Below, piece after piece: positions 39,695 through 49,523 of a stretch of DNA of 64,000 nucleotides. Made by a program: the position numbers and the translations under genes. This DNA comes from an uncultured Planctomycetota bacterium. Lineage in GTDB: Bacteria > Planctomycetota > Planctomycetia > Pirellulales > Lacipirellulaceae. The DNA is taken from the NCBI GenBank assembly GCA_963719315.1, contig CAVRBU010000004.1, positions 384,001 to 448,000 on the forward strand, in the 5' to 3' direction. Each line of letters begins with the position of its first letter. The first letter of the stretch is position 1. A model generated the notes under the pieces. That model was not told the DNA's origin and made no database searches. It worked only from the letters and a program-made list of their open reading frames with translations.

Positions 39695-40309
39695 TCAACT
39701 TTCGGAAAAGTCTCGGTGATTTAGCTCAATTGCCTTTGAAATGCCAGCATCAGGGCAGTCTTCATCAAGGCCTCGTTCCTGCCGAACCCGCCCAACTTCG
39801 GCCACCAACTGCTCGATAATTTCGTTGTTGGCAACGATATTGTTCCACTCAACAAGATACGTCCAGGCGATGAAAACAATTCCCAAAAACGCCCCGATCA
39901 GGTGCCAATTGGCCCAAGCCCGGGTGTTAGGTCGCATTGTCGCTGGGTCGGCCGCCCCGCCCAGGGCGATGATCACCACGACGGCCAACATCCCGGCCAG
40001 GGCCCAAGGAAATGTCTTCCGCTTAAGTCGATTGCTGGCCGCGACCGGCGGGGGATCGAATTGGTAGGTTTCAACGACCTCTTTGCACCAGCGACTGGTG
40101 CCAATGAAGTACGTGACGACGATGCTCTCGACAAACACCACCGCGATCCCCGCGGCAAGGCCCGTGAGCCGATGCAGCGTCGCCCATTGCAACGTTTCGC
40201 GGCTGGCCTCGGGCTTCGCGTACAAGTCGCCCATCGAAAGGCCCAACATCAGCGCCGCGACGAGCAGCAAGATCGACAGGAACGCCAATGTGAAAAAAAT
40301 GCGAGTCAT
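39695..40309 (-). CDS. Hypothetical four-TM membrane protein
   Basis: Hydrophobic helices, His residues in TM segments, TYFIGTSRW motif. Confidence 0.7.
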   Translation of the reverse strand: MTRIFFTLAFLSILLLVAALMLGLSMGDLYAKPEASRETLQWATLHRLTGLAAGIAVVFVESIVVTYFIGTSRWCKEVVETYQFDPPPVAASNRLKRKTFPWALAGMLAVVVIIALGGAADPATMRPNTRAWANWHLIGAFLGIVFIAWTYLVEWNNIVANNEIIEQLVAEVGRVRQERGLDEDCPDAGISKAIELNHRDFSES

Positions 40310-40389
40310 GCGTGCGTGTCGTCGACAGTGGGTGATGCGATGGTCAGTTGATAGAATGATAGGTTCATACTTCGTTCAAAACTAAAGCA

Positions 40390-40455
40390 GGAACACTAAT
40401 CTTCGCTGATCAACGCTAATACAAATTAGTGAACATTCGTGGAGATTAGTGTTCC
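40390..40455. repeat. AT-rich inverted repeat
   Basis: GGAACACTAATCT / AGATTAGTGTTCC arms with inner CTAAT/ATTAG units. Confidence 0.7.
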
Positions 40456-40523
40456 CATCTTTAACTATTAGCGTATCGGCGATTGCCGCTTCCTGCACCC
40501 CCCTGCCCTGCCCTGTCCTCGAA

Positions 40524-41555
40524 ATGGATGCAACGACTAAACCGATTCTGGCGGTGACCATGGGCGATCCGGCTGGGATCGGGCCGGAAGTGATCGTTCG
40601 CGCGTGGAGCGACCCGCAAGTCCACGAGCAGGTGCGGCCGATCGTCGTTGGTCATCCGGAAGTGATGTTGCGGGCGGCCAAGCTCGTGGGGCACGATATT
40701 GCACTCGTCCGACTGAACTCGCCTGACGAGTGGACGGCGTCCGTCGAGGGACCACAGGTGATGCCGATCGTCAATGTGTGCGGTGATGATGCCGTGGGCG
40801 CGGCTGGCGGAGTTGTCGATGCCCGGGCAGGCGAGGCGGCTTTCCAATGCGTGACGGCCGCCGTTCGCTGGGCGCTGGATAAGAAAATCGACGGTATCGT
40901 CACTGCGCCGCTCAGTAAAGCGGCGCTCCACGCGGCCGGGCATCACTACCCGGGCCACACGGAATTGCTTGCCGAAATGTGTGGCGTCCGTGAGTTCGCA
41001 ATGATGCTGTACTTGCCGCCGGGCGGCATTGTTCGCTCGCCCGCCGGTTTGGGCGTTGCACACGTCACGCTGCATCAATCGCTGCGAAGCGTGTTTGCGG
41101 ATCTAACGCCCGAGGCGATCGTTTCCAAATGCCGGCTGGCGGATGGTGTCATGCAGCGATTGGGCGTTCGCCAACCGCGCGTGGCGGCTTGCGCACTTAA
41201 TCCGCACGCCGGTGAAGATGGACTGTTCGGCGATGAGGAACGCACGATCATCGCGCCGGCTGTCGCCGAAGCCTGTCGTGCCGGGATCGACGTGTCGGGC
41301 CCCTACCCCACCGATACACTGATGATCCGTGCCCGCGACGGCGAGTTCGATGCGGTCGTGGCCATGTACCACGACCAGGGGCACATCGCGCTCAAACTGC
41401 TCGGCATGCACGCGGCAGTGAACATTACGCTCGGCCTGCCAATCGTGCGGACGAGCGTCGCCCACGGCACGGCATTTGATCGCGCCTGGCAAGGCACGGC
41501 CCGCGCTGAAGGCATGGTCGCGGCGATTCTTACTGCGGCGAAGTTGGCGAGATAA
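40524..41555 (+). CDS. pdxA: 4-hydroxythreonine-4-phosphate dehydrogenase (PdxA family)
   Basis: TMGDPAGIGPE, GHTELL, LNPHAGE, AMYHDQG, RTSVAHGTAFD. Confidence 0.93.
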   Translation: MDATTKPILAVTMGDPAGIGPEVIVRAWSDPQVHEQVRPIVVGHPEVMLRAAKLVGHDIALVRLNSPDEWTASVEGPQVMPIVNVCGDDAVGAAGGVVDARAGEAAFQCVTAAVRWALDKKIDGIVTAPLSKAALHAAGHHYPGHTELLAEMCGVREFAMMLYLPPGGIVRSPAGLGVAHVTLHQSLRSVFADLTPEAIVSKCRLADGVMQRLGVRQPRVAACALNPHAGEDGLFGDEERTIIAPAVAEACRAGIDVSGPYPTDTLMIRARDGEFDAVVAMYHDQGHIALKLLGMHAAVNITLGLPIVRTSVAHGTAFDRAWQGTARAEGMVAAILTAAKLAR

Positions 41556-41669
41556 TCGTGACGAATCGCGTTTTTGCTTCGGTCAGAAACACGAGGTGCT
41601 ACGGAGTTACACCAACGATGGCCTGCGAGTTGAATGTCCAAGTTTGGATGATTGAAGATTGGCGGTAAA

Positions 41670-41876
41670 ATGCTAGCTGATAGGACGCTAATAGAATGGA
41701 TCACATTTTTGTATCCAATCGGGCTACTTGGAGCGTGTATGGGTTATTTCATGGGCTGGCCACGAAAAGCGTATGGAAGATGCCAATTTTCACCGCTTGA
41801 TGTATTTGTTTTCTGCACTATGGCAGCCGCTGTGCTCGCCTTCATACGAAACATCATCAATTCTGTTCCCGCTTAG
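41670..41876 (+). CDS. Small low-GC membrane protein
   Basis: Two hydrophobic segments; visibly AT-richer than flanks. Confidence 0.4.
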   Translation: MLADRTLIEWITFLYPIGLLGACMGYFMGWPRKAYGRCQFSPLDVFVFCTMAAAVLAFIRNIINSVPA

Positions 41877-41946
41877 ATGGCCGCGAGGAGTGTCGTGAAC
41901 GACCCTACGGGCGGTTCTCTCTTGTCTCTTTTGTATTTCGCGCCTG

Positions 41947-41979
<33 letters not shown>

Positions 41980-41989
41980 CTTGGTGCCG

Positions 41990-42592
41990 TCACCTTGCGC
42001 TTGCACTTAGGAGTTCCGCCGGTAGCCACTCGAGCCTCGGCACACAAATGTTCTTGTCATAAGTCAACCCTTCGTACCAACGAGCACTCGACCACTGCCA
42101 ATCAACGGCTCGCTCCACCAAGCCACGTCGCGCTGGATTGAGATGAATGTAATCGATCACAGCGAGAACGGTTTCCACTCGATCTAGATTTCGGTCATAG
42201 CCAGGTCCTTCCTGCCAATAGCGAAAACATTGAACGCCTGGCCGCTGTTGCACGGTCAGAGTGTTCAACAGACTACTCTTTGCGATTTGCAGCAGGCGTT
42301 TGACCCGGAACGAAAACGGCCGCTTGATAGCTTTGAGGAGGTCGTCGATTCCAGATGCATTTTGGCCTGGAAAGACCAATAGATGCACATGCTCCGGCAT
42401 GTAAACAAAGGCCGATAGCCGATAGTCGTGACGCCTGATGGCCCGGTCAATCGCTTCGCTGAACATTCCCCGCCACTGGTGGTTCGTAAGCAGCGGGCGG
42501 CGTTGGTAACAAGAGAACGTTAGCTCATGGCAATGGCCTGGCTCGTGATAATGCTTTACTCGCTTGCGGTGTGGCGGCTGTGGAAGGGGCAT
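41990..42592 (-). CDS. rayT: REP-associated tyrosine transposase (RAYT, HUH Y1)
   Basis: LTFSC, FVYMPEHVHLL (HUH), YWQEG..YDRN, YIHLNP..RGLV...W.WSS. Confidence 0.9.
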   Translation of the reverse strand: MPLPQPPHRKRVKHYHEPGHCHELTFSCYQRRPLLTNHQWRGMFSEAIDRAIRRHDYRLSAFVYMPEHVHLLVFPGQNASGIDDLLKAIKRPFSFRVKRLLQIAKSSLLNTLTVQQRPGVQCFRYWQEGPGYDRNLDRVETVLAVIDYIHLNPARRGLVERAVDWQWSSARWYEGLTYDKNICVPRLEWLPAELLSASAR

Positions 42593-42614
42593 GCAACAAG
42601 GTTATCGCAGCGAA

Positions 42615-42645
<31 letters not shown>

Positions 42646-42674
42646 TGTAGCAAATGAAACGGGTGCCACTGCTA

Positions 42675-43853
42675 TACCCTACGCGGCCAGCAATGAGACA
42701 TCTTCGAATCGCTGAAAGTTGAGCGTCATGAGGGATTTGAGGGGTTCGGCGTGGCGGGTTGCGAGGTCGGCGATTGTTTCTTGGATGGCGGCTTGAAACT
42801 CTTGAAATCCGGGATGGTAACGCCCATAGATGGCCGGCCGCTTGATGAACTTCCAAAGCCGTTCGATGAGGTTCAGGTTCGGCGAGTAGGAGGGCAGGAA
42901 CAGCAGCGTGATTTCCAGTTGCGTCGCCAACGCTTGCACCGCGGCGTTACGTTGGTAGCGAGCGTTGTCCAGCACCAACGTGATCGGTCCGGCCAGACCG
43001 AGGGCAGCGATCTTCCGCAACAGCTCGCACATCGTTTCCGTGTTGACGACCGTGGTGTTGGTCACGCTTACCAGTTCGCGGGTCACGGCGTTCCAGGCTC
43101 CCAGGACATTGAACCGCTGGCGGCCCGAGGCGGCCCGCACGAAGATTCGCGTGAACGACCACAAGCAGCACAGGAACGTCCCGTACACAAAGTGGGCCGC
43201 ATCGACGAAGAAGACGTGTCCCCGCCCTCGGGCGGCGGCGTCGAGGCGGGGCTTCAGTTCGAACGTCGTGAAACAGGGCCTGCTCGGCGACATGCTGGGC
43301 CAAGTTTTTTTGGGCGGCACGGGGAGCGCCCGGACCCGCTGCCACTTGAGTCCCATGTCTTTCAGGAACTTGCGAGTTTGCGACAGTCCCCGCCGCAGGC
43401 CGGTCAGTTGGTAAATGCGTTCGCAGGCTTCCGCGGTCGTGCGGACCGGCTGGTTCTCGAACGACGCGCGGATCACGTCGCGATAGGCGGCCAAGTCGCT
43501 CACGGGCCCTTGCACATTCCACCGCCGCAGACCCTCCAACCCGCCATCACGATAGGCCGCAACGTACCGCCCGACGGTCGCCACTCCGACCCCCGCCAAT
43601 TTCGCCGCCTGGGATCGCTTCAAACCACACTGCAGCGACCACAACACCAGCATCTTGCGGCGGACATGCGACTCCGGATGAGACTCCCGCTCGGCCGCGA
43701 CAATTCGCTGTTCCTCTTCCGTCAATCGGACTCGAAACCAAGCCATGACAGCCCTCCTTGCCAGCAACACGCCATCCTCCTCGATGGCGACATAAGGGCC
43801 TTGTACAACAAATCAGCTACTCGGGAACAGATCATTTATCCCCACGCAGGGTA
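42675..43853 (-). mobile_element. IS630-family insertion sequence (1179 bp)
   Basis: TIR TACCCTACGCGG / CCACGCAGGGTA; TA duplication at 42673-42674 and 43854-43855. Confidence 0.9.
42679..43746 (-). CDS. IS630-family transposase
   Basis: N-terminal HTH; FFVDAAH, LVLDNARYQ, LFLPSYSPNLNLIERLW. Confidence 0.92.
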   Translation of the reverse strand: MAWFRVRLTEEEQRIVAAERESHPESHVRRKMLVLWSLQCGLKRSQAAKLAGVGVATVGRYVAAYRDGGLEGLRRWNVQGPVSDLAAYRDVIRASFENQPVRTTAEACERIYQLTGLRRGLSQTRKFLKDMGLKWQRVRALPVPPKKTWPSMSPSRPCFTTFELKPRLDAAARGRGHVFFVDAAHFVYGTFLCCLWSFTRIFVRAASGRQRFNVLGAWNAVTRELVSVTNTTVVNTETMCELLRKIAALGLAGPITLVLDNARYQRNAAVQALATQLEITLLFLPSYSPNLNLIERLWKFIKRPAIYGRYHPGFQEFQAAIQETIADLATRHAEPLKSLMTLNFQRFEDVSLLAA

Positions 43854-43949
43854 TAACTCGTTAGCAGTGTTTCTTCCGGCCGTACCCTTGCACGTCTCTG
43901 TAATCGATGTTCTCTCGGCAGGTAGACCGCAAGGGGACGCCAATAGGCG

Positions 43950-43979
43950 GCACTGCGGGGCAAGCCAGCAGTGGCACCC
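43950..43979 (-). repeat. REP of the RAYT family
   Basis: GCACTGCGGGGCAAGCCAGCAGTGGCACCC, one mismatch to 42615-42644. Confidence 0.85.
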
Positions 43980-43981
43980 GA

Positions 43982-45133
43982 TTATTGCAGTAACGAAGCC
44001 GCGCCATCCGCGGCCGGCCGTGTCGCGACTTGTGCCTGATGTTGCTGCCGCAGCCGTTGGAGAATCGACGTGGTTTGGTCAACCCAGTCGGCGTCGCCGG
44101 GGGCGTAGTCGAATTGGCCGGCGGCGATTGGGGCGTCGAAGACGACGTCGGATAGTTCGAGTACGACCATCGGGTGGACGCTAAGTTGATAAGGGATGGG
44201 CGGGCCGTCAGCGCCGGTTATTTCTGGCGTTTCCAGTCGTCGGTATTCGATGCGGTAGGGGAACAGGTCGGCCTGGCCGACGAGGAGCAGCACTTCTTGC
44301 GGCATTCGTTCCGGCAGCGGTTTGTGCTTGCGTTTCAAATCGGCGGCCGGGGGTTGGCCGTTAGTTGGGTTGGCATGAACCTTGGAGAGGAGCGCGGCGA
44401 GCTTTTCGGGTTTCCAGTGGCCGACGACGGCGAATACGGGCAGATTAGTCGGCTCGGCCGATACGGGCGGGGCGATCGCGAGGCGCATGGCTTGCGGCGG
44501 CATGAACGTGAAGTTCTCGCTGAGGGCGGTTAGCAACGAGGGCAGTCCGCCGGTATAGGCCGTTAGTTCGCCCTGCAGCGACGACCAATTGGCCTCGCCC
44601 GGTTTGATGTCGTTCAGGTCCGCTGCGCCGAGCGACGGGTCGGCTCGCAGTTGTCGCAGGTCGATGCGATTGACGGTGCGGCCGGTTGGCAGCTTGCGGT
44701 CGAGCCACATGAAGCGGCTGTTGCAAACCTGAAGCAGTTGGGCGTCTTGCCCGGCAATTTGGAGTTCGAGACGGACCTTCAGCTCCTCACCACTCCCCTG
44801 CTGCCAGTAGCTGCCGACGCCGTAGAGTTGCTGTCCGCCGATTGCGATTTGGTGGCGAAGCCGGGCGGTCACGCTGGCGCGGCGTTCCAGTTGGCTCGCT
44901 GCTTGCGTTAAGAGCCTGACGCCGACGGGGGTTTGGTCCGACACTGATTCAGCCGTTTTTAGTAGCGGAACCTGTGACGAATTGCCCTCACCCCGGCCCT
45001 CTCCCAGAGGGAGAGGGAGACTGGGGCTCTCACCTCGTGCTGGCGGAGAAAGAAGAAGGCGCGGGCCTGCTATCGCAACAGCAGCGATGATGAATGCAGC
45101 CAGCGTTGACAAGTGGGGCAAACTTTTCTTCAT
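43982..45133 (-). CDS. Secreted hypothetical protein, possibly LolA-like fold
   Basis: Signal peptide; SVTARLRHQI..G.G.Y..RLELQI..LQVCNSRFMW; DLFPYRIEY; F.Y.P near the end. Confidence 0.6.
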   Translation of the reverse strand: MKKSLPHLSTLAAFIIAAVAIAGPRLLLSPPARGESPSLPLPLGEGRGEGNSSQVPLLKTAESVSDQTPVGVRLLTQAASQLERRASVTARLRHQIAIGGQQLYGVGSYWQQGSGEELKVRLELQIAGQDAQLLQVCNSRFMWLDRKLPTGRTVNRIDLRQLRADPSLGAADLNDIKPGEANWSSLQGELTAYTGGLPSLLTALSENFTFMPPQAMRLAIAPPVSAEPTNLPVFAVVGHWKPEKLAALLSKVHANPTNGQPPAADLKRKHKPLPERMPQEVLLLVGQADLFPYRIEYRRLETPEITGADGPPIPYQLSVHPMVVLELSDVVFDAPIAAGQFDYAPGDADWVDQTTSILQRLRQQHQAQVATRPAADGAASLLQ

Positions 45134-45507
45134 CTGCCGGTTTTGACGGTTTTACCAAAGAAACCGCTACTACAGGGCCGACCATTAATCTCCGGAAGAC
45201 GATGTGTTCACGCCGCCGTCGGGCGGACGCCGCGCGAGCGGTTCCGACTGGGCGACGTTGAACAGCGACTTCTCGACGGGGCGGATTGTAGTAACCGCTG
45301 CCGGGGAGAGTCCATCGCAGTCGCTCGTTTGCTAGCGTGTTGAATCCCGCCGAATCCATCGGATTCGCGGAGACGATTCAACCGCTCGGCCGTCTCGGCC
45401 CGCAAGCGACGCGCGACACGCAGGATTGAAACATTGAGCGCTTGCTGCCGTTACGCCGGTTGAGACGATCGGCGCGTGACCAGCGAGCCATGCTAAGGGG
45501 GGACGAC

Positions 45508-47130
45508 ATGCGAGTAGAGCGTACGCTCGTGGGATTATTGTTGACAGCCATCGTTGTGGCGCCGGGTTGTGGCCGACTGGCTTACAACCTGCCGCCCGCA
45601 TCGCGAATCATGGAACCCGGCCCCGGCGTCAGTGGCCCTGGTCCCGGCGTGATTCCACCAGCCGGTTCGATGTATGGAATGAGTGGCGGCGCCGTTGGTC
45701 GCTTCGGAGATGGAATGGGTTCGTACATCGGAGGTGGCGGAGGTGGGTACTGTGGACCGGGCGGTCCGATGGGTCCCGGTGGACCAATGGGGCCTGGCGG
45801 CGCCGTTCCCGCTCCGACGCCCTATGGCGTGTCGCAAGCTGGTTACTGCGGCCAGGGTGGTTGTGAGCAGGGCTGCCCGTGCGGTGGATGCGACGGCGGT
45901 CCGGGCAACTGTGGTCCGGGCAACGGCGGTGGCATGAACGACCCTCGCATTCAACAGGCAGGCTTACGCCACATGCTGAGTGGTGGTAGCGACTGCATGC
46001 GGCCAGGCTCGACCGAAGCGTATGCCGATGGCGGCGGCGCGATGGGCATGGCCACGTCGCAGATCGCTTTCTTGGGAAGCGACGGTGTGCAGGTGTCATG
46101 GGACACGAGTGGCTCGGGCATGTTTGATTCCGTGCCGCTCGTGGTGCCGGGCCGACAGGATTTTTACCAAGGGGCCATCTATCGCCTGAAGTTGACGAAC
46201 ATTCCGGGCCGCGCGGGCGTCACGTTGTACCCGACGCTCGAAGTCGCGCCCGTTACGCCGCGGACGGATGCCTATCTGGCGCACTCGCCGATTCCGGTTC
46301 AATTCACGGAAGAAGATTTTGACCAGGTCGTGAGCGGTAACTTCGTCACGAAGGTGATCTATCTGCCAGATCCCGAGTTCCAAGAGCTCGCGCTCGCCGG
46401 TGTGGAGACGTTGGTCAGCACGCGGCTCGATCCGGGTGTGGATCCGATTGCTGAAGCCGATCGTCGCGGTTCGATCCTCGCCATTGTGCGGATTGGTAAC
46501 AAGGACATCGAACTCAACAACGGAGCGCAGAACTCGGTTGGTTCGGTTTTGCCGGCAAGTCTCGACGCTCCGGTGAATGGGCAGAACAACGCGACACAAG
46601 CGATGTACAACGAAGCGGCTGGCGGGCCGGCGGAGCCGGGTGACTTCCAGGTGTCGCCCGCTCAATACTGCGACGGCGGCTGCTACGGCGGCCCCGGTTA
46701 TGGCGGTGGCGGATATGGCAGCGGCGGTACGAGCAGCCTGCCGATGGGCATGCCGACCAGTGGATTCGCCCCGCCAAACGTACCACCCAACATGATCGCC
46801 GGCGGCCCGCAATGGGGCATGCCGATCACGGGCACGCCGATTGGTTTGCCCGGTCCGCCGCATATTCCGTTGGGCACTCCGGCCGGTTTGCAGCAACACG
46901 TGATCAAGAATCGCACGCGGGTGATGATTCCGCCGCCAGTGTCGAAGATGGAAATGTCCGTCAAGCAACGTCCGGGCCTTAACTATCCGCGACCCGTTAA
47001 TCACGTACACGTTGATGAGACGCAGCGCGAACCGTTCCGGTTGCTGCCTCCCTGGTTGACCGGCGCGTTTCACCATCAATCGAGCGGCGCTTACGGCAGC
47101 GGGGCCTCGGGCAGACCATGTCCGCAATGA
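45508..47130 (+). CDS. Hypothetical lipoprotein with Gly/Pro/Cys-rich arms and a conserved core domain
   Basis: VAPGC lipobox-like signal; core paralogous to next gene. Confidence 0.75.
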   Translation: MRVERTLVGLLLTAIVVAPGCGRLAYNLPPASRIMEPGPGVSGPGPGVIPPAGSMYGMSGGAVGRFGDGMGSYIGGGGGGYCGPGGPMGPGGPMGPGGAVPAPTPYGVSQAGYCGQGGCEQGCPCGGCDGGPGNCGPGNGGGMNDPRIQQAGLRHMLSGGSDCMRPGSTEAYADGGGAMGMATSQIAFLGSDGVQVSWDTSGSGMFDSVPLVVPGRQDFYQGAIYRLKLTNIPGRAGVTLYPTLEVAPVTPRTDAYLAHSPIPVQFTEEDFDQVVSGNFVTKVIYLPDPEFQELALAGVETLVSTRLDPGVDPIAEADRRGSILAIVRIGNKDIELNNGAQNSVGSVLPASLDAPVNGQNNATQAMYNEAAGGPAEPGDFQVSPAQYCDGGCYGGPGYGGGGYGSGGTSSLPMGMPTSGFAPPNVPPNMIAGGPQWGMPITGTPIGLPGPPHIPLGTPAGLQQHVIKNRTRVMIPPPVSKMEMSVKQRPGLNYPRPVNHVHVDETQREPFRLLPPWLTGAFHHQSSGAYGSGASGRPCPQ

Positions 47131-47132
47131 AA

Positions 47133-47219
47133 GTAGATCCTGTTTGCCGAGCGGGATCTGAACAAATCGAAAGTTAGAAAAATAGGCATGCTAGGTTCCT
47201 TCCGGCAGAAGGGACCTAC
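47133..47219. repeat. GTAG-type REP heterodoublet, copy 3
   Basis: GTAGATCCTGTTTGCCGAGCGGGATC ... GGTTCCTTCCGGCAGAAGGGACCTAC. Confidence 0.78.
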
Positions 47220-47232
47220 TAAGAAAATCCCC

Positions 47233-48015
47233 ATGACAACGGTTCCGGTGCTCGCGCGTTCGCCACGGCGAACGCGAGTCGAGGGCATACTGCGATGGGC
47301 AGTGCTGGTTTATCTTGCGTCGGGCCTAAGGGCTTCGGCACAGGATCGACCAGTACACTGGCTAAATGCCGGTGCCATGCCTCCGGGAGCGATTGGCAGC
47401 CAACGACTTCAGCGGGGCGGACCGTTATTGGGGTACTTCCAGCCGGTGAGGATTCGAGCGCCGCAAGGCGCTCGGATCTCGCTGGCCGTGGAGGGTGGTT
47501 TTTCGAACGCCGAATCGAACGACGTGCTCGTCGGGTTGCAGATCGGGCCGGTGTACCGGCTGCAAGTATCCGACATTCCGAACGCGAATGGTTTGGAACT
47601 CTATCCGACCATCGAAATGATCGATCGGACGTATCCGCCGCCGTGCCTGGCGTTGCGGTATCCGATTCCGATCGAGTTGGCGCAAGACGAGCTCGAACTC
47701 GCGTCGCGCGGGGCATTCGTGACGCGCGTGATCTATATCGAAGACCCGCACCAGGCGTTGCCGATTTCGCGGAAGGCGAACGATGAGCAGCCGTGGGTCG
47801 AAGCGCCGGCGGGTGAAGACCCCTTGGTAACGGCCGATCGTGAGGGAAGACCGGTGGCGATTCTGCGGATTGGCGGCCGGGTGCCGAACTCTGCCGATGC
47901 CACCGGCGGATGCGAGGGCGTGCCGAGGTTCGTCACGTTCACGCCGCCGGTCGAATGTGTGGACAATGCGACGAATACGAGCGACGCGACTCCGCCAGCC
48001 ACTCAATCGCAGTGA
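47233..48015 (+). CDS. Secreted hypothetical protein, paralog of upstream core domain
   Basis: YRLQVSDIP..LELYPTIE, PIPIEL, FVTRVIY.EDP, DPL..ADREG..AILRIG. Confidence 0.75.
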   Translation: MTTVPVLARSPRRTRVEGILRWAVLVYLASGLRASAQDRPVHWLNAGAMPPGAIGSQRLQRGGPLLGYFQPVRIRAPQGARISLAVEGGFSNAESNDVLVGLQIGPVYRLQVSDIPNANGLELYPTIEMIDRTYPPPCLALRYPIPIELAQDELELASRGAFVTRVIYIEDPHQALPISRKANDEQPWVEAPAGEDPLVTADREGRPVAILRIGGRVPNSADATGGCEGVPRFVTFTPPVECVDNATNTSDATPPATQSQ

Positions 48016-48129
48016 TGACCAGCATGGCCCAAGCCGCACAACATGATGCAGCGATGGAGAGTGTAGACGACTCGCTCCGCGAGCCGAAGTCCGCGCGAAG
48101 CGAGCGGACTGCACTCAAGCGATCCTTCT

Positions 48130-49407
48130 GTGCATTTGCCCGTTTGGTGGCGGTGCCTGCTTATTGCGGTGGCGATGGTCATACTGAGCGCGTGCAACAC
48201 GCCGGTGACGCGGACGCATCTCACACCGGACAAATCACTGACTCCGCCGCCGGTGGAAGCGCAGAGCATGCCCCTGCCACCGATGGATGCGCAGGTCGTG
48301 CCAATGAAGCCCGTCGGGGCGCCGGCCCAGGCAATGATGCCGTCCGAAACAATGGAGCCCGAAACGATGTCGCCGCCCGCGGCACTGGGACCGGCTGAGT
48401 TGGCGAGCGGCTTGCCGACCGAAGCTGGTCCTTGCTGTGAACAAGGCCCGCGCGATGGTGGCGATTTTAGTTCGACCGACCCGTACGGCCCACTGGTTGG
48501 GCCGAGCGACGAATACTTGTGCGACGGCGGCGACTACGGAACACCGGCCGGCATACAGGCCGATTGGACGATTCAGGGGCTGGAACAGGAAGACGCCATT
48601 AGTCACTACGACACGGTCGATGGACGAGTCCTGGTGACGCCCAGCAACCGAGTGTGTATTTACGCCCCGCGGTTCGCGGCGGTGCGGCGCGTGGTGCAGC
48701 CGATCGCTCACGAGCAACCGCTGTTCATCAACCAGACGCTGGATGAGCTGTCGCCGGCGAAGGCCATCGAAGCACAGCCGGCGGTCTCGCAATTCCAGCG
48801 GCACAAAGTGGCAGTCGACATGGGACAGCAGCCGGCGAACTTGTTCCGCCAACGGCAACAAGCCGGCGGCATGGAAAACCTGCAGGCGACGATGGATGCC
48901 TTCAATTCGCTGGCCGCCTACGCGAACCTCACGATCATTCGCACGGGCGAAGTCTCCGACGCGGAGAAGGCGCTCGTCGAGCGATCGAAGGAGGCGGCCA
49001 TCACATTGACTGGAGTGCAAGCGCCGCAGGTCCTGTTCGGCGTGAAGCAGGCCCATGCTGAGGTCGGCGTCCGCGAGGCGGGCATTGTCTATCAAACCGA
49101 CGGGCCGGAACATCCGAAGCTGCGGTTGTTGAAGCTGGCCTCCTGTGGCCACGCCCAATTGGGCGAAGAGGTCGAGTTCACGTTGCGTTACGACAATGTT
49201 GGCGACCAGCTCATCGGCAATGTCACGATCGTCGACAATCTTTCGACGCGGCTCGAATACGTGCCCGACACGGCCAAGAGCAGCGTGGACGCCGACTTCA
49301 TCACGCAATCGAACGACGCCGGCTCACTAATTCTCCGCTGGGAAATCAAAGACCCAGTTAAGCCGGGCGACGGCGGCATCTTGCGGTTCCGCGTGAAGGT
49401 GCGGTAA
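48130..49407 (+). CDS. Lipoprotein with C-terminal DUF11-like (conserved repeat) domain
   Basis: ILSAC lipobox-like; DEYLCDGGD, SNRVCIYAPRF; KLAS..AQLGEEVEFTLRYDNVG..NVTIVDNL..LEYV. Confidence 0.75.
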   Translation: MHLPVWWRCLLIAVAMVILSACNTPVTRTHLTPDKSLTPPPVEAQSMPLPPMDAQVVPMKPVGAPAQAMMPSETMEPETMSPPAALGPAELASGLPTEAGPCCEQGPRDGGDFSSTDPYGPLVGPSDEYLCDGGDYGTPAGIQADWTIQGLEQEDAISHYDTVDGRVLVTPSNRVCIYAPRFAAVRRVVQPIAHEQPLFINQTLDELSPAKAIEAQPAVSQFQRHKVAVDMGQQPANLFRQRQQAGGMENLQATMDAFNSLAAYANLTIIRTGEVSDAEKALVERSKEAAITLTGVQAPQVLFGVKQAHAEVGVREAGIVYQTDGPEHPKLRLLKLASCGHAQLGEEVEFTLRYDNVGDQLIGNVTIVDNLSTRLEYVPDTAKSSVDADFITQSNDAGSLILRWEIKDPVKPGDGGILRFRVKVR

Positions 49408-49523
49408 GTGCGCCTAAGCTGACGGCGGATTCACGCCACCCCCAAACTCCCGGCAACTAAGAGTTTAGACAATCTGTCTAACCTTGGATTGCCCGCCTCC
49501 GGAACGTGAGGCATAATTGGTGG

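Noticed and set aside
42751..44184. 477-aa plus-strand ORF
   Set aside because: Antisense to the IS630 transposase, crosses the IS boundary and has no motifs
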